Made by a program: the position numbers and the translations under genes
In this document: in pieces, positions 26,350 through 35,946 of the stretch
Layout of the letters: each line of letters opens with the position of its first letter
Position numbering within the stretch: position 1 is the first letter of the stretch
Notes under the pieces: generated by a model
Told to the model about the DNA's origin: nothing
Databases searched by the model: none
Seen by the model: only the letters and a program-made list of their open reading frames with translations
DNA from: an uncultured Candidatus Saccharibacteria bacterium
Lineage (GTDB): Bacteria; Patescibacteriota; Minisyncoccia; UBA11713; 2-01-FULL-45-33
Direction of reading: 5' to 3'
Assembly (NCBI GenBank): GCA_964464405.1
Contig: CAYXFX010000001.1
Coordinates: 3,466-67,465, forward strand
Length of the DNA: 64,000 nt

Positions 26350-27099
26350 ATGCCAATGCCGGATATATATTTGTCTGTTATAGTCCCCGCGTACAACGAA
26401 TCTGCCAGGATCCCAAAAACCTTGCGTCGCTTCCATGAATATTTATCGAGCCAGCCGTACAGTTACGAAATACTTGTCGTAAACGACGGTTCACGGGACG
26501 GAACTGGCGAAATTGTTGAGCGCATGAAGGGCGAAATAAAAAATTTACGCCTCATTGATAGGAAAGAAAACAAAGGGAAAGGGTATACTGTAAGAGAAGG
26601 AATGCTTAATGCATACGGTAAAATTCGTCTTTTTGCCGATGCCGACAACGCAACTGATATTGCGCATTTCGATAAAATGCGTCTCTTTTTCGATAAAGGA
26701 TATGAAGTTGTAATATGTTCAAGAAATGAAAAAGATGTCCCGGGGGCTATTCACGCGGTGCGCCAGCCTCAGTGGAAAAGAATTTTGGGAACTTTGGGCA
26801 ACAAGTATATTCAAATTTTGGCTGTTCCCGGAATATGGGATACTCAATGCGGTTTTAAAGCGTTTCGTGATTTAGCTGCGGAACATATTTTTAAAATGGC
26901 TATTATCGACCGCTGGTCATTTGATGTCGAAATTTTGGCAATCGCAAGAAATTTAAACATGAAAATAGGAATCGTTCCTGCCTATTGGATAGATGATCCG
27001 AATTCCCATGTAAAATTTTCCAGCTATTTCAGAACTTTGTGGGAAGTTTTTAAAATTAATAGAAATTTAAGGAAAGGGCTTTATAGCGCATCGCAATGA
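26350..27099 (+). CDS. family 2 glycosyltransferase (polyprenyl-phosphate sugar transferase-like)
   Basis: SVIVPAYNE, ILVVNDGSRDGT, DAD motif. Confidence 0.8.
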   Translation: MPMPDIYLSVIVPAYNESARIPKTLRRFHEYLSSQPYSYEILVVNDGSRDGTGEIVERMKGEIKNLRLIDRKENKGKGYTVREGMLNAYGKIRLFADADNATDIAHFDKMRLFFDKGYEVVICSRNEKDVPGAIHAVRQPQWKRILGTLGNKYIQILAVPGIWDTQCGFKAFRDLAAEHIFKMAIIDRWSFDVEILAIARNLNMKIGIVPAYWIDDPNSHVKFSSYFRTLWEVFKINRNLRKGLYSASQ

Positions 27100-28097
27100 A
27101 AAAAAATTTAATCGAATTCAGAAAAGATATCGTGTCTGGCGATTGGGTTCTGATTTCTGCAACAACGCAAAAAAAACCCATTTTTTTTAAACCAAAAGAC
27201 TCGACTCCACTCTCGCAAGATCTCTGCCCGTTTGACAATCCGGCAAAATCCGGACAGGAAAGCCCGCTTCTGTGGCTCCCGAAGCCTAAAAAAAATGATA
27301 TTAAAGATTGGTGGGTACAAATTTTTCCAAACAAATTCCCTGTCGTAATGGATTCGCGCGTATGCCCGCCTTTGGAATTTGATGGCAAATATCATCACAA
27401 AACAGGAGTCGGCTTTCAGGAAGTCGTAGTTACTCGCGATCATAAACGGCACATAGGACTCATGAAAGAAAATGAAATTGTTACATTAGTCGAGGCATAT
27501 ACCGCGCGCTATCAGGCATTGCGTGCCGAGCCATGCGTTGAATATATTTTAATTTTCCATAATAACGGCGCTCGAGCTGGCGCTTCTGTTCCGCATCCGC
27601 ATTCGCAAATTTTGGCAATCCCAATTATTCCTCCTGATGTCGCGAGGTCTTTAAGGGGATCAGATGAATATCATAAAAAAAATAAGAAATGTGTACATTG
27701 CGACATCATCAAGTGGGAAATAAAAGAAAAAAAACGTATTATTTTCGAAAATGATTTATTTGTTGCGATTGCCCCCTTTGCTTCAAAAGTCGCATTTGAA
27801 ATACGAATTTTTCCTAAAATCCACGAATCGCGTTTCGAAGTTATCGACGAGAAGCAAAAAGAAACTTTAGCACACGCAATGCAAACAATCTTTTACCGAA
27901 TTTTTAAAAAGCTCAAAAATCCGGATTATAATTTTTTTATACACACACTTCCGCCAAAAGACAAAAATGGAGGGCATTATCATTGGCACATCGAAGTTTT
28001 GCCTAGATTAACCATTTGGGGAGGTCTTGAGTTGGGAGCAGGCATCGAAGTCGTTAAATTCTCTCCCGAAGAAGCATCTAAATTTTTAAGAAAATAA
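27096..28097 (+). CDS. galT: galactose-1-phosphate uridylyltransferase family (HIT-like, HPH.Q active site)
   Basis: CPFDNP, HPHSQILAIP, CVHCD zinc/active-site residues. Confidence 0.7.
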   Translation: MKKNLIEFRKDIVSGDWVLISATTQKKPIFFKPKDSTPLSQDLCPFDNPAKSGQESPLLWLPKPKKNDIKDWWVQIFPNKFPVVMDSRVCPPLEFDGKYHHKTGVGFQEVVVTRDHKRHIGLMKENEIVTLVEAYTARYQALRAEPCVEYILIFHNNGARAGASVPHPHSQILAIPIIPPDVARSLRGSDEYHKKNKKCVHCDIIKWEIKEKKRIIFENDLFVAIAPFASKVAFEIRIFPKIHESRFEVIDEKQKETLAHAMQTIFYRIFKKLKNPDYNFFIHTLPPKDKNGGHYHWHIEVLPRLTIWGGLELGAGIEVVKFSPEEASKFLRK

Positions 28098-28108
28098 GTT
28101 ACGTTAGA

Positions 28109-28870
28109 ATGAAGAAAATCATTATTGCAAACTGGAAAATGAATCCTAGAACCGCAAGCGAAGTAAAGATGCTTGCACGCGCGGTTACGGAAGGTGTAAA
28201 AAAGATAAAAAATATGGAAATCACGCTTTGCCCTCCTTTTTTGTTTGTTTCTGCAGTAAAAAAAATAATTGCAAATAAAAAAAATATCAAATTAGGCGCT
28301 CAAAATGTATTTTCTGAAAAAGCGGGGGCTTTTACCGGAGAAATTTCTGCCACGCAACTTAAATCCATCGGAGTCGGGCTGGTAATTGTCGGCCATTCCG
28401 AAAGACGTGCGTTAGGGGAAAGCAAGGAGATAATAAATAAAAAATTACGCTGTGCATTGGAAGGCGGGCTAAACGCGGTTTTATGCATAGGCGAGAAAGA
28501 AAAATCCAAAGAAGGACTTTCCGGCATTATCCGCGAAGAACTTTATTCTGCAATTAAGGGAATTAAGAAATCATTACTACTGAACAAATTAATAATAGTG
28601 TATGAGCCGATTTGGGCGATAAGTACAAATCCAGGATCAGAACCAGATGATCCGCAAAATGTCTACGAGACGACGATTTTATTAAAAAGAGATCTTTTAA
28701 AGATTTTGGGCAGGCGCGCCGCGTCCCAGATTCCTATTTTATATGGAGGTTCGGTAAATGAAAAAAATGTCGTGGGCTTTAAAAAAAGCGGAATAGACGG
28801 GTTTTTGGTGGGAAGCGCGTCTCTTAACGCGGGTAAATTTATAAAAATTGTTAAATTTGCTGCATTATGA
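28109..28870 (+). CDS. tpiA: triosephosphate isomerase
   Basis: IIANWKMN, VIVGHSERR, LCIGE, YEPIWAI. Confidence 0.9.
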   Translation: MKKIIIANWKMNPRTASEVKMLARAVTEGVKKIKNMEITLCPPFLFVSAVKKIIANKKNIKLGAQNVFSEKAGAFTGEISATQLKSIGVGLVIVGHSERRALGESKEIINKKLRCALEGGLNAVLCIGEKEKSKEGLSGIIREELYSAIKGIKKSLLLNKLIIVYEPIWAISTNPGSEPDDPQNVYETTILLKRDLLKILGRRAASQIPILYGGSVNEKNVVGFKKSGIDGFLVGSASLNAGKFIKIVKFAAL

Positions 28871-29886
28871 GTCGCATACTTTTGCGCGTGGATTTCAATA
28901 ATCCGTACGAATACAGGATTAATGCGACATTGCCTACGATCCGCGCTTTGCTGAAAAAGGGCCATTTTGTGACTTTAATTACCCATTTTGAAAAAGACGG
29001 AAAGTATCCGCATCTGGATCAAATTGCGCGGTATTTAAAAAAATATTTTCCATCACTAGTATTCATTAAAGGAGAAATAAAAAAAGCTGATCCCTTAATA
29101 TTTTCTAAACAATCCAAACTTTTTCTTCTCGATAATTTGCGGTTAAGTAAGGGAGAGACGTCTAATGACATTAAATTTGCGCGGATTCTTGCTTCTTGGG
29201 GCGATTTTTATATAAACGAAGCCTTTGCTGTTTCCCATCGCAAACATACATCTCTTGTTGGATTGCCGAAATTACTGCCACATGAAATGGGGCCCCTTTT
29301 TAAAAGCGAAGTACACAATCTTTCCAAATTTTTTAAGCCGCGCCATCCTTTTCTTTTTGTTTTGGGGGGGAAAAAATTTGAAACAAAAGAGCCGTTAATA
29401 AAAAAGTTTTTGCGAAGCGCGGATGCAATTTTTGTCGGAGGAATGACGGGAAACACATTTCTTGCGTATCGGGGGATTGGTGTCGGAAAATCTTTTGTGG
29501 AAAAAGTGAAAATTCCGGAAAATATTTTATGGTCGCCTAAAATATTTTTGCCTGAAGACTGGGAATCTAAAAATGAAATAATATATGATGCGGGTCTTAA
29601 AACGATCAAAAGCCTCAAGGGCCTTGCAGTGAAAGCTAAATTTGTCTTATGGAACGGCACATTCGGATGGGTTGAGGGCGGTTACGAAAAGGGTACTCGC
29701 GATTTCGCGCGCGCTTTAGGGAAGTCAAAAGCTTTTAGGGTTATCGGCGGCGGGGACACGGTAGATGCTATCAGAAGATACAAGCTTGAGAAAAATTTCG
29801 ATTTCATCTCAACAGGCGGTGGCGCAATGCTCGAATTTTTGGCAAAAGGAACACTGCCGGGAATAGAAGCGTTGAAGAAAAAATAA
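28867..29886 (+). CDS. pgk: phosphoglycerate kinase (short form)
   Basis: RVDFN, AFAVSHRKHTS, GGGAMLEF, GGGDTV motifs. Confidence 0.8.
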   Translation: MSRILLRVDFNNPYEYRINATLPTIRALLKKGHFVTLITHFEKDGKYPHLDQIARYLKKYFPSLVFIKGEIKKADPLIFSKQSKLFLLDNLRLSKGETSNDIKFARILASWGDFYINEAFAVSHRKHTSLVGLPKLLPHEMGPLFKSEVHNLSKFFKPRHPFLFVLGGKKFETKEPLIKKFLRSADAIFVGGMTGNTFLAYRGIGVGKSFVEKVKIPENILWSPKIFLPEDWESKNEIIYDAGLKTIKSLKGLAVKAKFVLWNGTFGWVEGGYEKGTRDFARALGKSKAFRVIGGGDTVDAIRRYKLEKNFDFISTGGGAMLEFLAKGTLPGIEALKKK

Positions 29887-29920
29887 TTTTTTATTTTGTA
29901 AATTTTCATGGTACTATCAT

Positions 29921-30745
29921 TTGATGGCATGGTATAAAGATGCGGAAAGTTTTAAAAAATCTTCAGGGCATGAAGTAAACGGGGCTTGGTATCCGAGGGT
30001 TACAAAGATTTTGGAAGTAAAATCAAAGCCGGCGATTGAAATGTTTTTAAAAGAAATGGAAAGCTATAAAGCCGCTGAAGAAGTAAAGAATAAATCAGCA
30101 GAAGAAGGTACTCTCGTCCATGAAATTATCCAGAAGCTTGCTGTAGGAGAAACAGTTGAAGTTCCTAAAGAAATTGAGCCTGCGGCTGTGGCTTTTTTGG
30201 ATTTTCAAACCAAAAATAATATTATCTTTCATCCGGAATTTGTTGAGCGCCCGATTTGGTCTTTTCTTCATAAATATTCTGGAACAATTGATGCTCTTGC
30301 TTCAGTTGGAGGAAAATTTGGCGTTTTAGATATCAAAACTTCAACGGGATTTTTCCCTGAGTATAATTTGCAAACAGCGGCTTATGTTCTTGCTTTGCAA
30401 GAGAATGAAATAAAAAAAGCCGTTAGTCTTCCTCGCGATATCGAAACCCGCTGGATTTTGCGGATCGACCAACAGAAAAACTGTATGAGGTGCGGAGCGT
30501 CGCTACGTGAAAAAGGTGGGAGAAATAAAGTAAGAACCGCTTATCGGAATGGAAACGGCAATGGTGCTAGCGGAGATCATTGCGGTGCGTCTCACGAAGA
30601 TCATTATTGGGGTCCGACCGAGGGTATTGTGGAAATTCGCGAATTTCCGTATTATTTTAAAGATATAAAAGCATTCCTTGCGGCCAAAACCCTTTGGGAA
30701 TGGGAAAATGACTATTGGCTTAAACAAATAGGATATTTTAAATAA
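29921..30745 (+). CDS. PD-(D/E)xK nuclease, RecB/Cas4-like fold with C-terminal Cys/His cluster
   Basis: GTIDAL ... GVLDIKTS (D..D.K) followed by QTAAY (QxxxY) motif; CMRCG ... HCGASHEDH. Confidence 0.55.
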   Translation: MMAWYKDAESFKKSSGHEVNGAWYPRVTKILEVKSKPAIEMFLKEMESYKAAEEVKNKSAEEGTLVHEIIQKLAVGETVEVPKEIEPAAVAFLDFQTKNNIIFHPEFVERPIWSFLHKYSGTIDALASVGGKFGVLDIKTSTGFFPEYNLQTAAYVLALQENEIKKAVSLPRDIETRWILRIDQQKNCMRCGASLREKGGRNKVRTAYRNGNGNGASGDHCGASHEDHYWGPTEGIVEIREFPYYFKDIKAFLAAKTLWEWENDYWLKQIGYFK

Positions 30746-30765
30746 AGATAGAAGTCAATTTTTTT

Positions 30766-31710
30766 ATGAAATACGATATTTATTTTCATGGAAGTTGTTT
30801 TGATGGGGTGGCGTCTGCGGCGGTGCTCAAATATTTTTTGAATTTGAGAGGAGATGACTTCGCAAATTATATTCCTGTTACGCATCCTGTGGATAAAAAT
30901 AAATGGAGAAGTTTAAAACCAAAAAACTTGATGGCAATAACGGATATTTTTTTTCATCCCAAAGTAAAAATTTATTTTGATCATCACCCGTCAACATTTT
31001 TTTTGTTTCCTGAGTGGAAAAAAAAATTTCAAAAAGACAAGTTTCATGTCTCTAACTCTCAAAGCCCTTCGTGTGCAGGTTTGATTTACCGGAGTTTATA
31101 TAAAAACATTAAGACGCCCGCACATATTAAAGAACTGGTTTACTGGGCTGATTTAACAGATAGAGCGAGTTTTAAAGATGCAAAGGAGGCGATGGGATTA
31201 AAGCCCAAACCCGCAATAAAACTCGCAACTTATATGGATAATGCAAAGTCTCTGTCGATAAATTACCAAAAAAATATAATTAAACTGCTTGCTCAAAAGG
31301 GGTTGAGTTTCATTAGGAAAGATTCAAGAATAAAAAAGGGGTTTTTAAATTATCAAAAACGTTTAAAACAATCTCTTTTAAAAATTAAAAATAACTCAAG
31401 CGTGATTGGAAACACAGTGGTAATTAAAAATTTTAATAGAGAACTTGCAGGTACCCGATTTGCTGGATATCACATTTATCCAAAAACCAACTATTCAATC
31501 CGTTTTTTAAAACGAGACGGCGAATTTATAACGAGCGTTGGCGTTAACCCATGGAATTTACCAAAGAAACATGCGAAGATCGGAAAATTTTTGGAGACAA
31601 ATTTCGGAGGGGGAGGGCATGCTTATGCAGGATCAGCAAGTTTTAAAACAGAAAAAGAAACTTTACGAGGAATAGAAAAAATTGTAAAATATTTAAATAA
31701 AAACAAATAA
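30766..31710 (+). CDS. DHH-DHHA1 phosphoesterase (NrnA-like nanoRNase/pAp phosphatase)
   Basis: HGSCFDGVASAAVL, AITD, DHHPS (DHH motif), C-terminal GGGHAYAGS (DHHA1 GGGH). Confidence 0.7.
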   Translation: MKYDIYFHGSCFDGVASAAVLKYFLNLRGDDFANYIPVTHPVDKNKWRSLKPKNLMAITDIFFHPKVKIYFDHHPSTFFLFPEWKKKFQKDKFHVSNSQSPSCAGLIYRSLYKNIKTPAHIKELVYWADLTDRASFKDAKEAMGLKPKPAIKLATYMDNAKSLSINYQKNIIKLLAQKGLSFIRKDSRIKKGFLNYQKRLKQSLLKIKNNSSVIGNTVVIKNFNRELAGTRFAGYHIYPKTNYSIRFLKRDGEFITSVGVNPWNLPKKHAKIGKFLETNFGGGGHAYAGSASFKTEKETLRGIEKIVKYLNKNK

Positions 31711-31711
31711 A

Positions 31712-32152
31712 ATGACCGACGGCAAAATCATTGTTTATACTGATGGCGGGTCGCGCGGAAATCCGGGTCCTGCAGCTTTGGGTGTTTATATTACCGACGA
31801 GAAAGGAAACAAAATTAAAGAATACGGAGAAAAACTTGGTGTAAAAACAAATAATGAAGCTGAATATGCGGCCGTAATTTTCGCATTAAAAAAATTAAAA
31901 GCGATTTTTGGAAAAGAACGCACAAAAAAAATGGAAATCTCCGTTCGCATGGATTCGGAATTTGTTTCGAAACAACTTAACGGGGAGTATAAAATCGAAG
32001 AGGAAAGAATGTTTCCTCTTTTTATCGCTGTATGGAATTTGAAAATGGATTTTGCTAAGGTTACATTTAGCCATGTTCCGAGAGAAAAAAATAAAGATGC
32101 TGACAGGCTCGTGAACGAGGCGCTAGATAATGAACCAAAAAGCCTATTTTAA
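31712..32152 (+). CDS. rnhA: ribonuclease H (RNase HI-type)
   Basis: VYTDGGSRGNPGPAALG, NNEAEYAAVIFAL, C-terminal D..D. Confidence 0.8.
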   Translation: MTDGKIIVYTDGGSRGNPGPAALGVYITDEKGNKIKEYGEKLGVKTNNEAEYAAVIFALKKLKAIFGKERTKKMEISVRMDSEFVSKQLNGEYKIEEERMFPLFIAVWNLKMDFAKVTFSHVPREKNKDADRLVNEALDNEPKSLF

Positions 32153-33473
32153 AACACAATTTTTTATTCTAGCATTTCTTGGCGGAGTAATGCTCCGCTC
32201 TTTTTTTAATGTGCCACAGAATTGGGTTCTGGCTGGTTTGGGGCTGGTTGCAGGATTGTTTTTAGTAAAACTATGGACATCCGATGTCCATAGTTTGTTG
32301 AGTGTTTTAATAGCGTTTTTTGTATTATTTCTTCTTGGCATGCTTAGGTTTTCGTTTTTTGAAAATAATATTTCAGGCGACGTGTCGCATAATTTTTATG
32401 AGCAAAAAATAACCGTAAGTGGGAGCGTTATTTCGGAAAAAATAAAAGAAAGCAGCTCGCAATTAATTTTAGAAACAGATCATGGCAGACTTTTAATTAT
32501 AAAAAGAATTTATCCGCCCTATAAATATGGAGATAAAATATCGGTTTCAGGCGTGGTAGAGGAGCCTAAAAATTTTAACGATTTTGATTACAAGAAGTAT
32601 TTAGCAAAAAGCAGAATTTATTCACAAATGTTTTATCCGGAGATTAAAAAAGTTGACGAATTTAACAATATTCTTTCCTCCCTTTTTTCTTTAAAAAACA
32701 AATTTGAACAAAATATCCAAAAGATACTGCCCGAACCGCACGCATCCTTATCAAATGGCATGCTTTTAGGTATCGAGGGTAGAATTGACGACGAAATTTT
32801 GGAACTATTTAAAAAAACAAGCACTATCCATATTTTAGTGCTTTCTGGTTACAACATTACAATTGTCGGGGTATTTGTAATGGGGTTTTTTAATTTCTTT
32901 TTGCCTTCACTATTTGCGTGGATTTTAGCTGTTTTGGGAATTGTTGCATTTACTTTAATGACGGGCGGAGAGCCGGCAGCGACACGCGCGGCAATTATGG
33001 GAATTATAGGGTTGATCGCTCTTCGGACCGGAAGAACTAACAGGGCGTTTCTTGCACTTTTATGGGCGGCGCTTCTCATGGCTATTTGGAATCCGATGCT
33101 GCCGCGTTTCGATCGCGGTTTTCAGCTCTCTTTTATGGCGACTCTGGGCTTGATATTTTTATCTAACTTTTTTAAAAGAAATTTAAAATTTTTACCTAAT
33201 TTTTTTTCCATAAGAGAAAGTGCGGCAAGTACGCTTTCTGCGCAGATTTTTGTTCTGCCCTTTTTGATTTCTTGGGGCAATGAAGTTCTTTGGGTAAGTC
33301 CTGTTGCAAACTTATTTGTTGTCGGAGTTGTTCCCATAATTATGTTTTTTAGTTTTGCAGGCGGCCTTGCCTCCTTTATTTCTGTATCTTTTGGAAAAGT
33401 TATTGCATCTGTGGCCTATGTTTTTATTTCATACCAGATATTCGCTGCAAAAATATTTGCCGGCCTTTTTTAA
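32130..33473 (+). CDS. comEC: ComEC/Rec2 DNA-uptake channel, membrane core
   Basis: Polytopic membrane protein with ComEC core motif HILVLSGYNITIV; stop TAA at 33471-33473. Confidence 0.8.
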   Translation: MNQKAYFKTQFFILAFLGGVMLRSFFNVPQNWVLAGLGLVAGLFLVKLWTSDVHSLLSVLIAFFVLFLLGMLRFSFFENNISGDVSHNFYEQKITVSGSVISEKIKESSSQLILETDHGRLLIIKRIYPPYKYGDKISVSGVVEEPKNFNDFDYKKYLAKSRIYSQMFYPEIKKVDEFNNILSSLFSLKNKFEQNIQKILPEPHASLSNGMLLGIEGRIDDEILELFKKTSTIHILVLSGYNITIVGVFVMGFFNFFLPSLFAWILAVLGIVAFTLMTGGEPAATRAAIMGIIGLIALRTGRTNRAFLALLWAALLMAIWNPMLPRFDRGFQLSFMATLGLIFLSNFFKRNLKFLPNFFSIRESAASTLSAQIFVLPFLISWGNEVLWVSPVANLFVVGVVPIIMFFSFAGGLASFISVSFGKVIASVAYVFISYQIFAAKIFAGLF

Positions 33474-33474
33474 A

Positions 33475-34359
33475 ATGCTTAAATTAGTAAAAATACATCA
33501 CAAAAAGATCATCGGGGGAATAACTTTACTTCTTTTTTCTGCAAATTATTTGCTTTGGTCCCAAATTTTTGCAATTTCAAAAAAGCCGGATCTAGAAGTT
33601 TATTTTTTTGATGTCGGACAGGGAGATGCAGAATTAATAAGCACGAAGGATGGGACGCAAATTTTGATAGACGGAGGGCCGTCCAATAAAATTTTGTCAA
33701 ATCTGGGAGCGGTTCTTCCTTATTACGACGATTCGCTCGATTTAATAGTGCTCACGCATCCCCACGCAGATCATGTTTCAGGCTTAATGGAAGTTTTGGA
33801 CCGGTACAAAGTTGCCCAAGTGATTGAAAGCGGGGCTTTATACAGCACCGCGGAAGCTATCCAGTTTGAAAAAATTTTAAAAGAAAAAAATATTAAAAAA
33901 ATAGTAGCTGACCGGCCCCTTAAACTTACTTTTTATAACGGCGCCGAATTTAATATAATTTATCCGGACGAATCGTTTTCAGGGGAGTTTTTAAAGAACG
34001 TCCATGACTCCGCGGTTGTCGGCGAACTTTCATATGAAAATAAAAAAATCCTTTTTATGTCTGATGCGGAAAAAAAGCTTGAAAGAAAACTGGTTGATAG
34101 CGGTAAAATAGACGATGTGGACGTTTTAAAAGTCGGCCATCATGGGTCAAAAACTTCAAGCAATGAATTCTTTTTACGTGTAGTTCGACCTGAATATGCG
34201 ATAATTTCTTCGGGCGCACGCAATCGCTACGGACATCCACACACAGAGGTTCTCTCGCGTTTGGCTTCGGTCGGAGCAACTATTTTACGCACCGATTTAG
34301 ACGGAACGATTAAGGTCGAAATAAAAAACGGAAATTTATCAATAACAAAAACTAAATAA
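33475..34359 (+). CDS. ComEC C-terminal metallo-beta-lactamase domain protein (separate ORF)
   Basis: N-terminal TM anchor then FFDVGQGDAELI and HPHADH MBL motifs; starts 2 nt after comEC stop in another frame. Confidence 0.75.
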   Translation: MLKLVKIHHKKIIGGITLLLFSANYLLWSQIFAISKKPDLEVYFFDVGQGDAELISTKDGTQILIDGGPSNKILSNLGAVLPYYDDSLDLIVLTHPHADHVSGLMEVLDRYKVAQVIESGALYSTAEAIQFEKILKEKNIKKIVADRPLKLTFYNGAEFNIIYPDESFSGEFLKNVHDSAVVGELSYENKKILFMSDAEKKLERKLVDSGKIDDVDVLKVGHHGSKTSSNEFFLRVVRPEYAIISSGARNRYGHPHTEVLSRLASVGATILRTDLDGTIKVEIKNGNLSITKTK

Positions 34360-34384
34360 AAATTCCCGCTTGCAACGCGGGGAT

Positions 34385-35125
34385 TTATTGTTTATTTACT
34401 TTTTTGCGTTTGTTAGAAATCCAGAAAGAAGTCCGTTGAATCAATGAACCGCAATTCGGGCAATACGAATTATATGCTCGTCTTTGACCATCGGCTCCGT
34501 TTACTTGTTTTTCGGAGCATGAATCCATTTTACAAATTGTAAGGGACCATTTTAAGCACGTTAAAATTTCACCGAGCGATGTGACAACATGATATCCGCA
34601 CGATCCTCCGAAGCCGCCAAGAGTTTTTAGTGGATGTCTCTCTTTTAAAATAAAAGCGGTCGATTTATCTTCAGTGTACATAACTACTTGCATTTGCCTT
34701 AGCAACATTGTCATTGCTTCAGCGTACTTCCCCCATGTTGCTTTTTCTGCATCTATCATTAAAAGTGTGCTTGATCTGTCTAAAAAAAATCTTTCGAGAT
34801 CGCCTTTTTCATTGCTCGAATCTTTTTCAGGAGTGTCCAAACTGATCCCCAATCCGCCAGGATGAACTATTGAGATATGCAGATTTTTTTCCAAGAATGA
34901 AACGACTTGTTCAGCGCGCATAAAATCTTCTAAGCAGCGTAATGAAGCGGCCAAATAAAGATCATAACCCGCCTTTCTTTTTAAATAAAAATCAATTAAA
35001 TCAGAAGCTTCTTGTTTTACTTTTTTCTGCATTTCGTAAGTTGCCCACTGTGGAACTTCTCCTTTAGACAAAAGCGTGTTTGCCAAAAAAGCGGAGTCTG
35101 GTTTTAGTCGTGGGAGCAATTGCAT
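34385..35125 (-). CDS. hypothetical protein with C-terminal zinc-ribbon (C-x4-C ... C-x2-C)
   Basis: 246-aa ORF, lone - strand gene; CKMDSC ... YCPNCGS. Confidence 0.45.
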   Translation of the reverse strand: MQLLPRLKPDSAFLANTLLSKGEVPQWATYEMQKKVKQEASDLIDFYLKRKAGYDLYLAASLRCLEDFMRAEQVVSFLEKNLHISIVHPGGLGISLDTPEKDSSNEKGDLERFFLDRSSTLLMIDAEKATWGKYAEAMTMLLRQMQVVMYTEDKSTAFILKERHPLKTLGGFGGSCGYHVVTSLGEILTCLKWSLTICKMDSCSEKQVNGADGQRRAYNSYCPNCGSLIQRTSFWISNKRKKVNKQ

Positions 35126-35208
35126 ATTAGTCCTCCATTTCTTCTCCCTTGAATTTAGCAGTGCGGTATGATAATGTCAATTATATTATTTTTTTTAATT
35201 TTTATTTT

Positions 35209-35814
35209 ATGGCACATCCGAAACAAGAACGCACGCTCGTATTAATTAAACCGGACGGCGTGCAAAGAAATTTAATAGGCGAAGTAATTAAGAGATACGA
35301 AAGGACAGGTCTTAAGCTCGTCGGTCTAAAAATGCTTGTACCTACGGCAGAATTAGTTGAAAAACATTATCTTGTGGATCCGGAATGGCGGATAAAAACT
35401 GGCGAAAAAACAATTGAATCGTACCGCAAAAAAGGAAAAACTCCGCCGTCAAATGATCCTTTAAAGGTTACAGAAATTATTTTAAATAATTTAAAAAGAT
35501 ACATGGTTAAGGGTCCGGTCGTTGCAATGGTTTGGCAGGGAATGCACGCGATAGGAGTTGTAAGAAAAATAACGGGCGGAACGGAACCGCTAACATCGGA
35601 CGTGGGCACAATAAGAGGCGACTTTACAATTGATTCGTATGAAGTTTCGGACGTAGACGGGCGCGCAATTAGAAATATAATTCATGCTTCAGGAACGCAG
35701 GAAGATGCCCAAAAAGAAATTGCTTTGTGGTTTTTGGATAAAGAAATAATAAACTATCGGCTTGCAGGCGAAGTAATTTTGTATGATATTAATTTGGACG
35801 GGATACTCGAGTAA
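35209..35814 (+). CDS. ndk: nucleoside diphosphate kinase with ~45-aa internal insertion
   Basis: ERTLVLIKPDGVQRNLIGEVIKRYE, NIIHASGTQEDAQKEIALWF; start at MAHPKQ. Confidence 0.85.
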   Translation: MAHPKQERTLVLIKPDGVQRNLIGEVIKRYERTGLKLVGLKMLVPTAELVEKHYLVDPEWRIKTGEKTIESYRKKGKTPPSNDPLKVTEIILNNLKRYMVKGPVVAMVWQGMHAIGVVRKITGGTEPLTSDVGTIRGDFTIDSYEVSDVDGRAIRNIIHASGTQEDAQKEIALWFLDKEIINYRLAGEVILYDINLDGILE

Positions 35815-35866
35815 TTTTATTTTATCTACAAAAATCTAAATCCTTTCCTTCTGTGGAAAAAAGAGA

Positions 35867-35894
35867 TTGACTTTTTTCTTTAAAAGACTATACT
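35867..35894 (+). promoter_or_regulatory. putative sigma-70 promoter TTGACT-N16-TATACT
   Basis: Near-consensus hexamers ~50 nt upstream of ORF 35947. Confidence 0.4.
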
Positions 35895-35946
35895 AAAGAA
35901 AGTTTTTTGTTCTTTATGCTAAAAATATTTTTTTGGAGGTGAAATT

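Noticed and set aside
33355-33474. Track start of the ComEC MBL ORF at 33355, overlapping comEC by 120 nt
   Set aside because: The first 40 codons overlap the comEC C-terminus in another frame. ATG 33475 directly follows the comEC stop and precedes the TM anchor.
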